Positions 1-9,769 are shown, counted from the stretch's first letter. The stretch is DNA of 64,000 bases from Bdellovibrionales bacterium (GCA_965262715.1 OZ253553.1:1065169-1129168), one strand, 5' to 3'. Notes: a model not told the origin generated them from the letters alone. Made by a program: numbers and translations.

Positions 1-602
1 AGATGATACGAGCATAATGATTTCCTTTTGCTCCATCAAATAACTCTTTAGCTTTGTTAATAATTTTAACTGCAACTGTTCTAAAAGTGTCATCATTCGA
101 TACAAGAGGTAGGTATTTTGAAAAAAGACTAGTTATGTCCTCCTCAAAAATCTTTTTATGGTTATATATCTCCCACCAAATAATTCACAGACTCAAAATG
201 CTGACATATATTATTTAGAAATAACTTAATATAATCAGATATATACAAGAAAACACCTCATTTAGAATAACAATATTATAACTGCTTCTAACCTTCCTAT
301 TGATGGCTTCCCTAGTAAAGAAATGATTCAAATGGTTATGAATGTGAAAGAAAGAGACTTTTATGATCCAATCAATAAAATTCGCATCACTAACTATAGT
401 ACAGCATTTGAAATTCGTACTTTTTGTCAAGTATTAGAGAGAAGTGCCACTAGATGTTTTTCTTTAAATCGGGTCCGTTCAATTCTTTAAACTATTTTCA
501 TCTCATCAAAAATTCAATAATTTCTCTTATAAATAAATCTAAAGTTTATACTAAATTGGACTATATATTGCCATTTTTCATGAAATATGGCAGTATATAG
601 AT

Positions 603-1736
603 ATGTTTTTTAAAAGAATTTTGAACTTAAACAAACTATTAAAACAAAAAAGTCATTTTTTATTAGGCCCACGTTCGACTGGCAAGTCTTTTTGGATGAA
701 AGAATCACTATCTCCAAAATTGTATATCAATCTATTGGAACAAGATACTCTCAGAGAACTTCTCATAAATCCATCACGATTAAGAGAAAGGATTTTAGAT
801 AAGTTTCCACCTCATAGCCTCATTGTCATTGATGAAATTCAAAAAGCTCCTCATTTACTTGACGAAGTTCATTATCTTATAGAAGAACAAAAAATACGTT
901 TTTTATTAACCGGTAGTAGCGCAAGAAAGCTTAAAAGAGGAGCAGCTAATTTGCTTGCTGGTAGGGCCTGGATGACTTATTTTTTTCCTTTAACATGGAG
1001 AGAAATCACTAGCTTTCACTTGATAAAATATCTTAATTTTGGAGGATTACCTCAAGTTTACACTTCAAAGTTCCCCAGAAAAGAACTTAACAGCTATGTT
1101 AATCTTTACATAAAAGAGGAGATACAAGAAGAGGGGCTTATTAGAAAACTTAGTCAATTCCTTATTTTTTTTGATACTTTAGGCCTTGTAAGTGGAGAAG
1201 AATTAAATTATCAAGGATGGAGTTCTGATACAGGTATTCCAAGAAAAACCCTACAAAGTTATGTTCAGCTTTTGCAAGATACTCTTTTAGCCTTTGAACT
1301 GCCAGCTTTTACTAAAACTAAAAAACGTAAAGCTGTTTCTAGATCAAAACTCTATTTATTTGATATTGGTGTTGCTAACTTTTTGGCAAAAAAAGGCCAA
1401 ATTAAGGCAAGATCTAAGGAATTTGGTAAAGCCTTTGAACATTTTATTATCCAAGAGTGCAGAGCTTATAATTCTTATCTAGATAAGAATTGGCAGCTAT
1501 CTTATTGGAGAAGTCATTCACAAATGGAAGTAGATCTCTGCCTTAGTACAGAGTGGGCCCTAGGAATTAAAGGAATAGATAGAATAGCAACACATCATTT
1601 AAAAGGTTTAAAAGCTTTAAAGCAAGAAGGTTTATTTAAAAATTATGGTGTTGTTTGTTTAGAAAAGTACAAAAGACAAATAGATGGTATAACTATATGG
1701 CCATGGCAAGAGTTTTTAAAACATATAAGCCGATAA
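603..1736 (+). CDS. AAA+ ATPase of the AAA_14/DUF4143 type
   Basis: 377-aa ORF; Walker A GPRSTGKS, Walker B-like LIVIDEIQ, C-terminal region typical of DUF4143 ATPases; same architecture as 5616..6722. Confidence 0.8.
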   Translation: MFFKRILNLNKLLKQKSHFLLGPRSTGKSFWMKESLSPKLYINLLEQDTLRELLINPSRLRERILDKFPPHSLIVIDEIQKAPHLLDEVHYLIEEQKIRFLLTGSSARKLKRGAANLLAGRAWMTYFFPLTWREITSFHLIKYLNFGGLPQVYTSKFPRKELNSYVNLYIKEEIQEEGLIRKLSQFLIFFDTLGLVSGEELNYQGWSSDTGIPRKTLQSYVQLLQDTLLAFELPAFTKTKKRKAVSRSKLYLFDIGVANFLAKKGQIKARSKEFGKAFEHFIIQECRAYNSYLDKNWQLSYWRSHSQMEVDLCLSTEWALGIKGIDRIATHHLKGLKALKQEGLFKNYGVVCLEKYKRQIDGITIWPWQEFLKHISR

Positions 1737-1828
1737 AAATTGTATATGACAATATGCGTTTTTATATTAAAACCTATAAAATAGACAATACAAGATAGAG
1801 GGCTTCATATAAGATATATAAGAAAGAA

Positions 1829-1902
1829 GGTGACGTAGCCAAGTGGTTAGGCAGAGGTCTGCAAAACCTTGTACGCCGGTTCGAATCCGGCCGTCACCTC
1901 CA
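1829..1902 (+). tRNA. tRNA-Cys (anticodon GCA)
   Basis: 74-nt cloverleaf read by eye: acceptor GGTGACG/CGTCACC, anticodon stem GAGGT/ACCTT with loop CTGCAAA, T-arm GCCGG-TTCGAAT-CCGGC, encoded CCA. Confidence 0.93.
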
Positions 1903-2135
1903 CTCACCCAATTTATCATTAACTTTAAATCGATGATTATAAAAGCTTTGTATTTGGCATTATTGATCTAAACATTTTTTTAAATCTACTCATAAATAGC
2001 TGTTATTACTGTTAAATCCACCAGATACACTACATCTTCTACTTTTTATACCATTTTATAGTCACTTATGTTAGAGCTTTAAGGTCAATATATCTAGATA
2101 CCTGGATATCTGGATATTATAAAAGGAGATTTATC

Positions 2136-2699
2136 TTGTTATTTTTTCATATAAGAATCATACCTATATTTTTTGTCTTATTCTTTATAGTAAGTTCCAG
2201 TTTGATGTTTTTAGAAAGCTCTAATGCACAAAATAAAGATGAAACCCCAATAGCTGTTAAAGAGACAAACGAAATAGTGATGATGGAACCTTTATTATTT
2301 CAAGCTGTTGAAGAAAATAACCTAGCATCCGTTAAAGACATTCTTATGCGAGGTATTGATCCTAATGTACGCGGTACAAATGGTCAAACGCCATTGATGA
2401 TAGCTGTAAGACTTGAGAATGTGGAAATAGTTCTTGCTTTATTAGATGCAGAAGCAGATCCTAATATGAAAGACGATTCTGGCAACACACCTGTAACTAT
2501 AGCACTTACCAAAATATATGAATCTAGAAAGGGCTTTAATGAAGTAGAACAGGCAGTCAGTGCTTTAAAAGAGGTAAGTACAAAGGACCTATTAAAAATA
2601 TTTACATTTGATATTATAAATAAAGATCTCCTTATGATAATTACAGCTTTAACATCATACGGACCATGTAGAAATGCCCTTTTAGAAAAGCCTTCTTAA
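2136..2699 (+). CDS. secreted ankyrin-repeat protein
   Basis: TTG-start 187-aa ORF; hydrophobic N-terminal signal-like segment; ANK motifs (GQTPLMIAVRLENVEIVLALLDAEADPN, SGNTPVTIAL). Confidence 0.75.
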   Translation: MLFFHIRIIPIFFVLFFIVSSSLMFLESSNAQNKDETPIAVKETNEIVMMEPLLFQAVEENNLASVKDILMRGIDPNVRGTNGQTPLMIAVRLENVEIVLALLDAEADPNMKDDSGNTPVTIALTKIYESRKGFNEVEQAVSALKEVSTKDLLKIFTFDIINKDLLMIITALTSYGPCRNALLEKPS

Positions 2700-2724
2700 T
2701 ATATCTAAGACAGAACGAAAAAAG

Positions 2725-5232
2725 TTAAAAAAACCAACCTGAAGAGGTAGCTGTTTTCCTTGTTTTTATAAAATCCTTTATTTTGATAAGCAAGCCTAAC
2801 AGAAAGGTTAGGATAGATATATAAGCTGCTATTTTCCAGCTAAGGTTTTGTCCAAAATCAAAACGTATTTTGTTTTGTGAAGGGATAATACCTATCATGC
2901 CCGGTGAAACTAAGTAAATAGGATCATTTGCAGAGTTTTTCCAAGAGCCATGATAAGCGAATTTAACGATATGAGGTACATGAAGACAGTTTGTCTCAAA
3001 GTCAAATCCAAAAAAGTCTACGGCAACATTTGTATCACAATCTTTTTGAGTATTGCTTTCAATAGCTTGTTTGAAGTTGTTGACATCAGTACCTACGTTT
3101 ATCAATTGCCATTGATGATTTCCATTATACTGATCAAACCACTCATTCATTTTATGTCTCCAGCCACTTGTTTTTTTAATAATACTTGCAGAGCCATAAA
3201 GAGGTTCTATTAACTGAGGTGGATTTTTTGTTTTATATAAAGTCCAGGGGCCATAGTTTCCATCTTCAATAAGATAGGATGCTTTTTGTATTTTCTCTTT
3301 GCTTTCTTGTGTCGCAAGGATAAGATGCCCCACTCCCATCAATTCGAGTTTTGCATCAAGAGTGTTAATATTGTTCTCTGGACATAAATAAAAAGATAAA
3401 GGGCATTCTTGTATAGTGCTAATTTTATCTTGTAAATAATGAGCTGCTGGTGAAAGTAAATTGGATTCTATGTACAAACCTACTAAAGAGGCTCTAGAAA
3501 TAGAAGATGGCAAAATTCTAAATAACATTTCAATTGCTACTAAATTTTTTGGAGGCTCATATTCAGAAACAATGCGTGGCTTAGATAAGCCAGATTTGAA
3601 ATGTTTATAAAGTTCTTTTGAATCCTGATAGTTTTCTTTAGAATACCATCCTGAATAGTGATATCTAATTTTATCAGGTAACTTGTCTACATGAAAAGAT
3701 GTCCATAGGATACAGAATAAAACTGTTAAAAGAGTAATTGAGTGAAATACAACCTTTTTTGGAAAATAAATCTTTAATAAAAAAGCGTATAAAATTCCTA
3801 TAATAATCGATAGAAAGAGCAATATCGGAGAGATGGCTCGATAGTCTACAAGCCCTATTGCAGGGAATATAAAAAATAAACCTAAATAAACAAGAGAAGG
3901 CAATATCCAAAAAAATAAATGCCTCCATATTTTAGACAGAAAATCAAAAAGACTACCTCTTATCAAAAATGTACAAAAAACAAAAAAACAACTAACAAAC
4001 AGGAATCCAAAAGAGGGATAAAGTGTATGAAGTAAAACATTTAAAAGTGCTAACAAGAAAGAAATAGCTTTTGAAGAGTAATCTTTTAATAAAAATACAT
4101 ATAAAATACTAAAAGGAATTATTAAACACAATAAAGCTGGATAAACAGTTTGATAACTTATAAGCCCTATCTTTGGGAAGGTAGAAGACAGTCCTAAATA
4201 AATAAGAGATGGTAGAATCCAAAGCGATAAATATCCAAAGTTTTTGAGGTAAGAGTTAGAAGGACTTCTTTTTACAAACAAGGCTATAATGGCAAAGTAG
4301 CAAATAAAAAGAGTGGCATACAGAAGATAGAGAATAGGAGATGAAGTAAATGCTGTGATAAAGCTATTAAAACCAGTATATCTGGCATGTGGAGTTATCC
4401 ATTGGGAGTTATCTATCATTGGCCATAAAAACCAAGCAGAAAGCAGCAGTACACTAACACCTGTTAGCACTAAAATCTTTAGCCAGTAAAATACCTGCTT
4501 TTTATCTTTAGCAAAAACCAAAGAGGATAAGAAGAATATAGGAACAATGATAAAGATATAGGCATGGGATAAAGCTGTAGCAGAGAAAAAACAAATAGCA
4601 CTAAAGGAGATTTTATTATTTTTAAGAGCTTCAAATAAAAAACCAAGTCCTAAAAAAAGAAAACAAATTGCATAAGCATAGGTAAAATTTCCATTAACAG
4701 TACTGTAAGCAGACCCATAATAAGGGGAAGTTTCATGATATAAGAAAAGTAAGATAAGCCCTGCAGTTATTAAAGGAGAAGAATTTTTCAATCCTATCTT
4801 TTTTACACAAAAATAAACAGATAAAGGGAGCAAGAAAATAGGTAGAAATGAGCCAATTTTATAAGCCAATCCAAGCTCTATAAAAAACCCCATAAGTCCT
4901 ATTAAGATAAATGGCAATGGAAAATAATGTACGAGGAGTGGCTCACCGGCAAAGTTACCAGGATTCCATAACCGCAGCGTAAAATTAGAAAATCCTATAT
5001 TTTTTAAAAAGTGGACTGTTTGAAAATGTAATCCTAAATCTCCTCCAGTTGGAGGAAGTAAACTAAAAACATCTTTAGTCAGATATGAAGCCGTAAACAA
5101 ACATATTAAAAGCAACCCTAAAGTATTAACAATTTGCTCTGAAGCAAAGACAGTTTTCATCTTTTCTCTAAATACTTTTAAAATCATATAGAAAGGTATT
5201 CTAATTTTGTTTATTAGGTTTAAAGTTGGCAT
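2725..5232 (-). CDS. large polytopic membrane protein, GT-C-like putative glycosyltransferase (paralogue of 11903..14092)
   Basis: 835-aa ORF with many hydrophobic helices followed by a soluble C-terminal domain. Alignable with 11903..14092 (LWNPGNFAGEPLLVHYFPLPF vs LWNPTVSGGEFLLVHYFPFPF; shared C-terminal DCD..VDFFG.DF..PH..KFAYH..DPIYL.SPGMIG). Function inferred from topology only. Confidence 0.7.
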   Translation of the reverse strand: MPTLNLINKIRIPFYMILKVFREKMKTVFASEQIVNTLGLLLICLFTASYLTKDVFSLLPPTGGDLGLHFQTVHFLKNIGFSNFTLRLWNPGNFAGEPLLVHYFPLPFILIGLMGFFIELGLAYKIGSFLPIFLLPLSVYFCVKKIGLKNSSPLITAGLILLFLYHETSPYYGSAYSTVNGNFTYAYAICFLFLGLGFLFEALKNNKISFSAICFFSATALSHAYIFIIVPIFFLSSLVFAKDKKQVFYWLKILVLTGVSVLLLSAWFLWPMIDNSQWITPHARYTGFNSFITAFTSSPILYLLYATLFICYFAIIALFVKRSPSNSYLKNFGYLSLWILPSLIYLGLSSTFPKIGLISYQTVYPALLCLIIPFSILYVFLLKDYSSKAISFLLALLNVLLHTLYPSFGFLFVSCFFVFCTFLIRGSLFDFLSKIWRHLFFWILPSLVYLGLFFIFPAIGLVDYRAISPILLFLSIIIGILYAFLLKIYFPKKVVFHSITLLTVLFCILWTSFHVDKLPDKIRYHYSGWYSKENYQDSKELYKHFKSGLSKPRIVSEYEPPKNLVAIEMLFRILPSSISRASLVGLYIESNLLSPAAHYLQDKISTIQECPLSFYLCPENNINTLDAKLELMGVGHLILATQESKEKIQKASYLIEDGNYGPWTLYKTKNPPQLIEPLYGSASIIKKTSGWRHKMNEWFDQYNGNHQWQLINVGTDVNNFKQAIESNTQKDCDTNVAVDFFGFDFETNCLHVPHIVKFAYHGSWKNSANDPIYLVSPGMIGIIPSQNKIRFDFGQNLSWKIAAYISILTFLLGLLIKIKDFIKTRKTATSSGWFF

Positions 5233-5615
5233 ATCAGGTTAATATCATAATAGTTGATAACATCTAAAAGTTTTTTGGTAATAGTTATCTATAGTAGTAT
5301 TCATCATCCATTAAATCTAAATGTACATTTTTTTAATGCCAATAGAAAGTCTTTTTTATTACACCTTGTTTTTATAGTTAAAAGCTGTAAATATAAAAAA
5401 TTCTAAGTTCTTAAGTCTAAAATTCATTAAATTTTTGATCTTATCTTTTTATTAAAGAATATTTCTTAACAAAGGTTAAAAGTACAGACTATTTTGAAGT
5501 ATGAGTTAAAATAGTCGTATTATATATATAAAAAGACTATCCCAAGACATATTTTTGGAGGCTTATTATAAAACGCTTTATTGAAAAAAATATTATAAAA
5601 GACTTATCTAAAAAG

Positions 5616-6722
5616 ATGGTATTTTTAGGTGGGCCCAGGCAAGTAGGTAAGACAACACTAGCTCAGATGATTTTAAAAAAGTTTCCTTATCGACGATCAA
5701 ACAAAGGGCTTTATCTCAACTGGGATTTTGATGAAGACAGGTATAATATTTTAAAAAAAAGATGGGACGAGGATCACCAGCTTATAGTTTTTGATGAACT
5801 TCATAAATACCCTCGCTGGAAAAATTGGATTAAGGGCTTATTTGATAAAACCTCTCATTTACATCAATTTCTTGTAACAGGTAGTGCGCGACTTGATCTT
5901 TATAAAAGGCATGGTGATTCCCTACTTGGACGTTATCATTATTGGAGACTCCATCCTATAACTTTAGATGAGCTGCCGGCAAAGATGAGTAAGGCAGAAG
6001 GATTTAAAAGATTGATGAGCGTAGGAGGCTTTCCAGAAGTTTTTTTAGATGGTGATGAACAAGAGGCCAAAAGGTGGAGAAGACAACGCTTAGATCGTAT
6101 TTTAAAGGATGATATTAGAGATCTTGAATCTGTAAAGTTAATACAAGACTTAGACTTATTTGTAGATGCTCTTAGAAGGAAGGTTGGACAATTAGTTGTT
6201 TTTTCCAACATAGCTATAGACATTCAAGTTTCTTCTAAAACCTTAAAAAATTGGCTGAATGTTTTAAACCATGTTTACTTATGTTTCTCTATTTGGCCTT
6301 ATACGAGGAATCTTCCAAGAGCTATACAAAAACCACCTAAAGTGTATTTTTTTGATAATGCAGATGTAATATGTGCAGATGATGAAGTCTCTCGATTTGA
6401 AAATGTAGTGGCAACCCACTTATTAAAAAAAATACACTATTTAGAAGACGCTAAAGGATCTAGTTGGGATTTAAGGTATGTCAGAGACAAAGAATTTCGT
6501 GAAGTGGATTTTGTTTTACTTAAAGATAGAAAAGTTTTTGCTCTTATAGAAGTCAAACTATCAGATAGTGATATTTCTAAATCTCTTAAATATTATGCTG
6601 AAAAGTTAAAGCCTAAACATGCTATTCAAATTGTTGCCAATCTTAAACAGGAATACAAAGTAGGTAAATGCCGAGTTTTAACTATTCAAACAGCCCTACA
6701 AACTTTATTTAAAAATGTATAA
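5616..6722 (+). CDS. AAA+ ATPase of the AAA_14/DUF4143 type
   Basis: 368-aa ORF; Walker A GGPRQVGKTT, Walker B-like LIVFDELHK. The frame stays open upstream, and GGAGG at 5557-5561 precedes in-frame ATT 5565 / ATA 5568, so the true start is probably non-ATG around 5565. Confidence 0.8.
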   Translation: MVFLGGPRQVGKTTLAQMILKKFPYRRSNKGLYLNWDFDEDRYNILKKRWDEDHQLIVFDELHKYPRWKNWIKGLFDKTSHLHQFLVTGSARLDLYKRHGDSLLGRYHYWRLHPITLDELPAKMSKAEGFKRLMSVGGFPEVFLDGDEQEAKRWRRQRLDRILKDDIRDLESVKLIQDLDLFVDALRRKVGQLVVFSNIAIDIQVSSKTLKNWLNVLNHVYLCFSIWPYTRNLPRAIQKPPKVYFFDNADVICADDEVSRFENVVATHLLKKIHYLEDAKGSSWDLRYVRDKEFREVDFVLLKDRKVFALIEVKLSDSDISKSLKYYAEKLKPKHAIQIVANLKQEYKVGKCRVLTIQTALQTLFKNV

Positions 6723-6814
6723 AATACATCTAATGTCTATCAAAAATATTAAAAAATCTTTTATCTAAAAATACTGTTGATATCTAGATATAATATAGAT
6801 ATTATATATAATAT

Positions 6815-7099
6815 ATGATTTCTTTTGAGTGGGATGAAGATAAAAATCGACAAAATAGAAAAAAGCACAGGATATGGTTTGAGGAAGCATAAACAGTTTT
6901 TACAGATGATTATGCCAGAGTTTTCTATGATGAAAAACATTCTGAGAAGAAAGATAGATTTCTTATTATTGGTAAAAGCTGTTTTGAGAAAATACTGATT
7001 GTGATTCACTGTTATCATAAAGAGGGACAATTTGTACGATTAATTTCAGCAAGAAAAGCTACATTAAAAGAAAGAAAGTTTTATGAAGAAAGAATATAA
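6815..7099 (+). pseudogene. brnT: BrnT-family (DUF497) toxin gene interrupted by an in-frame TAA
   Basis: Reads MISFEWDEDKNRQNRKKHRIWFEEA*TVFTDDYARVFYDEKHSEKKDRFLIIGKS...ISARKATLKERKFYEERI. The TAA at 6890-6892 sits where BrnT homologues usually have Gln. The 3' end overlaps the brnA start. Confidence 0.7.
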
Positions 7100-7301
7100 T
7101 TTAAAAAAAATGAAAGAAATTCCTAATCCTTATAAGGGAAAAATAAAGAAAAATATTGGGATCAATCTTAGCCTTGAAGTTATCGATTATTTTAAGGAGA
7201 TGAGTAGAAAAAGTGATATTCCTTATCAAAAACTGATTGATATATACCTTAAAGATTGTGTAAAGAAGAAAAGAAAACTTCATCTACAATGGACATCTTA
7301 A
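7083..7301 (+). CDS. brnA: BrnA-family antitoxin (RHH/CopG-like)
   Basis: 72-aa ORF overlapping the brnT 3' end; the segment NLSLEVIDYFKEMSRKSDIPYQKLIDIYLKDCV is typical of the BrnA C-terminal domain. Confidence 0.7.
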   Translation: MKKEYNLKKMKEIPNPYKGKIKKNIGINLSLEVIDYFKEMSRKSDIPYQKLIDIYLKDCVKKKRKLHLQWTS

Positions 7302-7557
7302 GACTATAGTTTTGTTTACGGCATTTGCTGTTCCTTACAAAACTGTATAAAAGGTAATACGGTTATGGAGCCTTTAGAAAAAGCAACCTTTCCTTTATGA
7401 ACTTGATACCAATAGGGTATGTTTGTACGTTCTTTAAAATATTCTATTGCTTTTGAAAATGTTAAATCCAAATATAAAATCTTCTAAATCTCTATCTAGT
7501 TTTGGCATTAGATTGTTTTCTTTATCCATATCTTTACTCCTACTCATTTTAGATAGT

Positions 7558-8096
7558 TTAAAAACATATGCTTTCCTTTAAAAACTTATTATATTCATTT
7601 TCTGCAGGCAAATTTGATGATGACTTTATAAAAGCACTTAGGTTTGTATAAGGTAATTTTCCATATTGATCTATACTTAAAATATGAGCAAAGGCATGTA
7701 TGATAAGGTATTGACTGTTTGTATCATTATAAATCTTTTGAAGATCTTCTGTTAAATTATTTATAATATTTTTTATATTATTTTGTTTATTTTCAACGGC
7801 AAAGCTTCTGTTTATCTGTGCTGATTCTAATTCAATGCCATGAATTTTAATTACTTTCTTAAATCTATCAACAAGATATCCTAACCTCGTTTGTTGTACT
7901 GAACACATAGTATTATCACTTAAGTTATCACCAACTTGTTTAGTAACTAAAACAAGTAAGATTGTAGGAATAGCAATAAAGATATTAAGATTAATCTTTT
8001 TTAGAAATTCAATTTTTTTTTAGGAAAAATAAAAACCTTAAAAACAAGAATGAAACCAATAAAAATAAGTAAAATATAGGAAATGTACTCAGGCAT
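7558..8096 (-). pseudogene. membrane-anchored hypothetical protein, reading frame split at an A9 tract
   Basis: ATG at 8096 opens a 32-codon ORF (MPEYISYILLIFIGFILVFKVFIFPKKK...) that stops at 8003-8001. The 116-aa ORF 7558..7908 is open upstream to 8019 in another frame. The two frames meet in the homopolymer at 8013-8021 (T9 on +), and one extra A would fuse them. Confidence 0.45.
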
Positions 8097-8397
8097 ATGT
8101 TCTAAAAAATCAGTCATAATATCTTAAGTTTTAGTTAAAAGTATTTCTCAATATCTACATGATAATAAACAAGAATATAATTATTAATTGTTATAGTTCG
8201 ATTGTTTATTGACTATTCTGTAAGCAAGATGAATGATTGAGGTGTACCCTTTATTTTTCGGATGATATCTAAAAAACTTAAGTGCTTTGTTCTCAATACT
8301 ATTAAGGATTTGAGAATATTGTTTTAGTTTAAATCGCAATAAAATGAAACATCTTCTAAGTTTTTACATTAAAATAATACAATATGCTATATAAAAA

Positions 8398-9768
8398 CTA
8401 TTGAAAGGATAGTGATTTCATAAGATAAAGAGTTCTATAGGACTTCTTGGTTTGTTTTTGTTCAATAATTGTGAAAAATTGACTAAATATTTTTTCGAAG
8501 TTCTCTTTCGAGTAAAAATCAAATAAGGTTTTATTATCTCTCATATTATTTAAAAGCTTTTGCAGGCGATCATCCCCTCTATCAACAAACTCAATAATTA
8601 AGTATTTGGAAAAACTGGCAAACATTTTAGCTGCCTTTTCATAAGGACAGTTGTTTGAAATACACAAATGATGTATAAATGCTAATACCAAAGAGCAATC
8701 TAAGTTCAGATTATGGATTCTTTCTAAAAATGATGTTCTCTCCTGATTTTCAAAGCCAAAAGCAGGTGTAGGGTTTGTTATATCTAAAAGCACTGGCCAA
8801 ATATTATCTTTATTTGTTTTTTGACTCTCTTTAAAACACTCATTCACACAAGCATAATCAATATCTGATGAAATAAGCATGTTTTTATTATTGGATATGT
8901 GTCTGCAAAGATGTCCATTATTTCCTACTAAATCCCATATTTTTTTAAAATTATTGGATTCTACCCAATCTGATACTATATCAGACTTACTCTTAAAGTA
9001 TTCACTTTCATAACCAGTATGATAATCTCCCCATTCTGTTTGATAATTAGGACATCTTAATTTTTCTAGATAATCTTGCATATAGAGAAAAATATTCATC
9101 AAAGATTTTTTTGATAAATAGACTTCTTTTTTTGTTTTTTCAATACCATGATGTCTACTGATTTGTTTTGAGTGTATATGGATATTGGATTTTATAAAAG
9201 GTGAAAAATGAGTTTTAAGAGGAAGCAATTTACTTGTAAAAGCTAATGGGATTCCATCAATAAAATTTATCAAAGTTTTATGAAATTCATAAGAGCAATA
9301 CTTTATTAAAAGTAAGGGAGAAATAAAATGTCGACAAAACTGAGCAAAACCATACCAAGGCTTACCATCAACATATTTTTCAAAAGAAAGTGTATCTATA
9401 AATATAGGATTTGAACCTAAAAATTGAACATTATAAGAAGATGCATCTTTTAAAATCATGCCATGTTCTAAAGATAGAATATTGATTTTGAGATGAAGAA
9501 GGGCAGCTTGTTTTAACGCTTCAAAAGACCACTCAGAAGGATAAGTAATAAATGGGATAAATTCAGGTTTTATAATTATCTTTTCATCATCTCTGGTCAG
9601 TAATTCATGAGGTATTAATAACTTTTGATCTGCTAATTCTTTGTATAAACTTGATTTTTCAAGCTTGTCAAAGTGAGGAAAATATATAGGATTGATAAAA
9701 CGGCAAAGACCATTTTTGTCAGTAAAAATATACCCATTGGGATCTCTAAATGATGCGGGGTATTTCAT
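8398..9768 (-). CDS. putative SAM-dependent methyltransferase-like protein (N-terminal FRDPNGYIF domain)
   Basis: 456-aa ORF. The N-terminal SFRDPNGYIF...LYKEL...LLIPHELL and C-terminal WDLVGNNGH / LAFIHHL / IIEFVDRGD resemble a class I methyltransferase family seen in polysaccharide loci. The Gly-rich motif is degenerate. Confidence 0.6.
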   Translation of the reverse strand: MKYPASFRDPNGYIFTDKNGLCRFINPIYFPHFDKLEKSSLYKELADQKLLIPHELLTRDDEKIIIKPEFIPFITYPSEWSFEALKQAALLHLKINILSLEHGMILKDASSYNVQFLGSNPIFIDTLSFEKYVDGKPWYGFAQFCRHFISPLLLIKYCSYEFHKTLINFIDGIPLAFTSKLLPLKTHFSPFIKSNIHIHSKQISRHHGIEKTKKEVYLSKKSLMNIFLYMQDYLEKLRCPNYQTEWGDYHTGYESEYFKSKSDIVSDWVESNNFKKIWDLVGNNGHLCRHISNNKNMLISSDIDYACVNECFKESQKTNKDNIWPVLLDITNPTPAFGFENQERTSFLERIHNLNLDCSLVLAFIHHLCISNNCPYEKAAKMFASFSKYLIIEFVDRGDDRLQKLLNNMRDNKTLFDFYSKENFEKIFSQFFTIIEQKQTKKSYRTLYLMKSLSFQ

Positions 9769-9769
9769 T

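Noticed and set aside
1-184. Minus-strand coding sequence running off the 5' edge of the window
   Set aside because: Two different minus-strand frames are open here (…KIFEEDITSLFSKYLPLVSNDDTFRTVAVKIINKAKELFDGAKGNHYARII and MMTLLEQLQLKLLTKLKSYLMEQKEIIMLVSS). Neither has a recognisable motif. I cannot decide which, if either, is real.
215-430. Short or overlapping ORFs in the track: 215..430, 1294..1482, 2950..3213, 3674..3928, 5939..6223, 6761..7030, 7101..7283, 10939..11136, 13939..14175, 17043..17333, 20009..20403, 21304..21567, 22831..23013, 23681..23905, 24967..25303, 28577..28994, 30359..30604, 36029..36220, 37204..37425, 40046..40255, 40631..40876, 42653..42869, 43234..43437, 43632..43832, 44671..44871, 47061..47246, 47473..47700, 48784..48978, 49499..49708, 54022..54434, 55508..55783, 59758..59958, 62525..62816, 62917..63535
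   Set aside because: Each lies inside or antisense to a longer ORF with clear family motifs, or over the brnT pseudogene. Their composition is low-complexity and typical of chance ORFs in AT-rich DNA.
6890-6892. In-frame TAA in brnT as a sign of stop-codon reassignment or recoding
   Set aside because: TAA is used as an ordinary terminator by many clearly complete genes in the window, for example lepA and brnA. A point mutation is the simpler explanation.
7302-7557. Two short minus-strand ORFs (MSRSKDMDKENNLMPKLDRDLEDFIFGFNIFKSNRIF* and KERTNIPYWYQVHKGKVAFSKGSITVLPFIQFCKEQQMP*) as a frameshifted small gene
   Set aside because: There is no recognisable family and both pieces are very short in AT-rich DNA, so the evidence is insufficient.
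8238-8256. 19-nt identity (TGAGGTGTACCCTTTATTT) to the left end of the IS3 element at 14875-14893, possibly a solo IR remnant
   Set aside because: It is too short to distinguish a true IS scar from chance, and nothing else IS-like is nearby.
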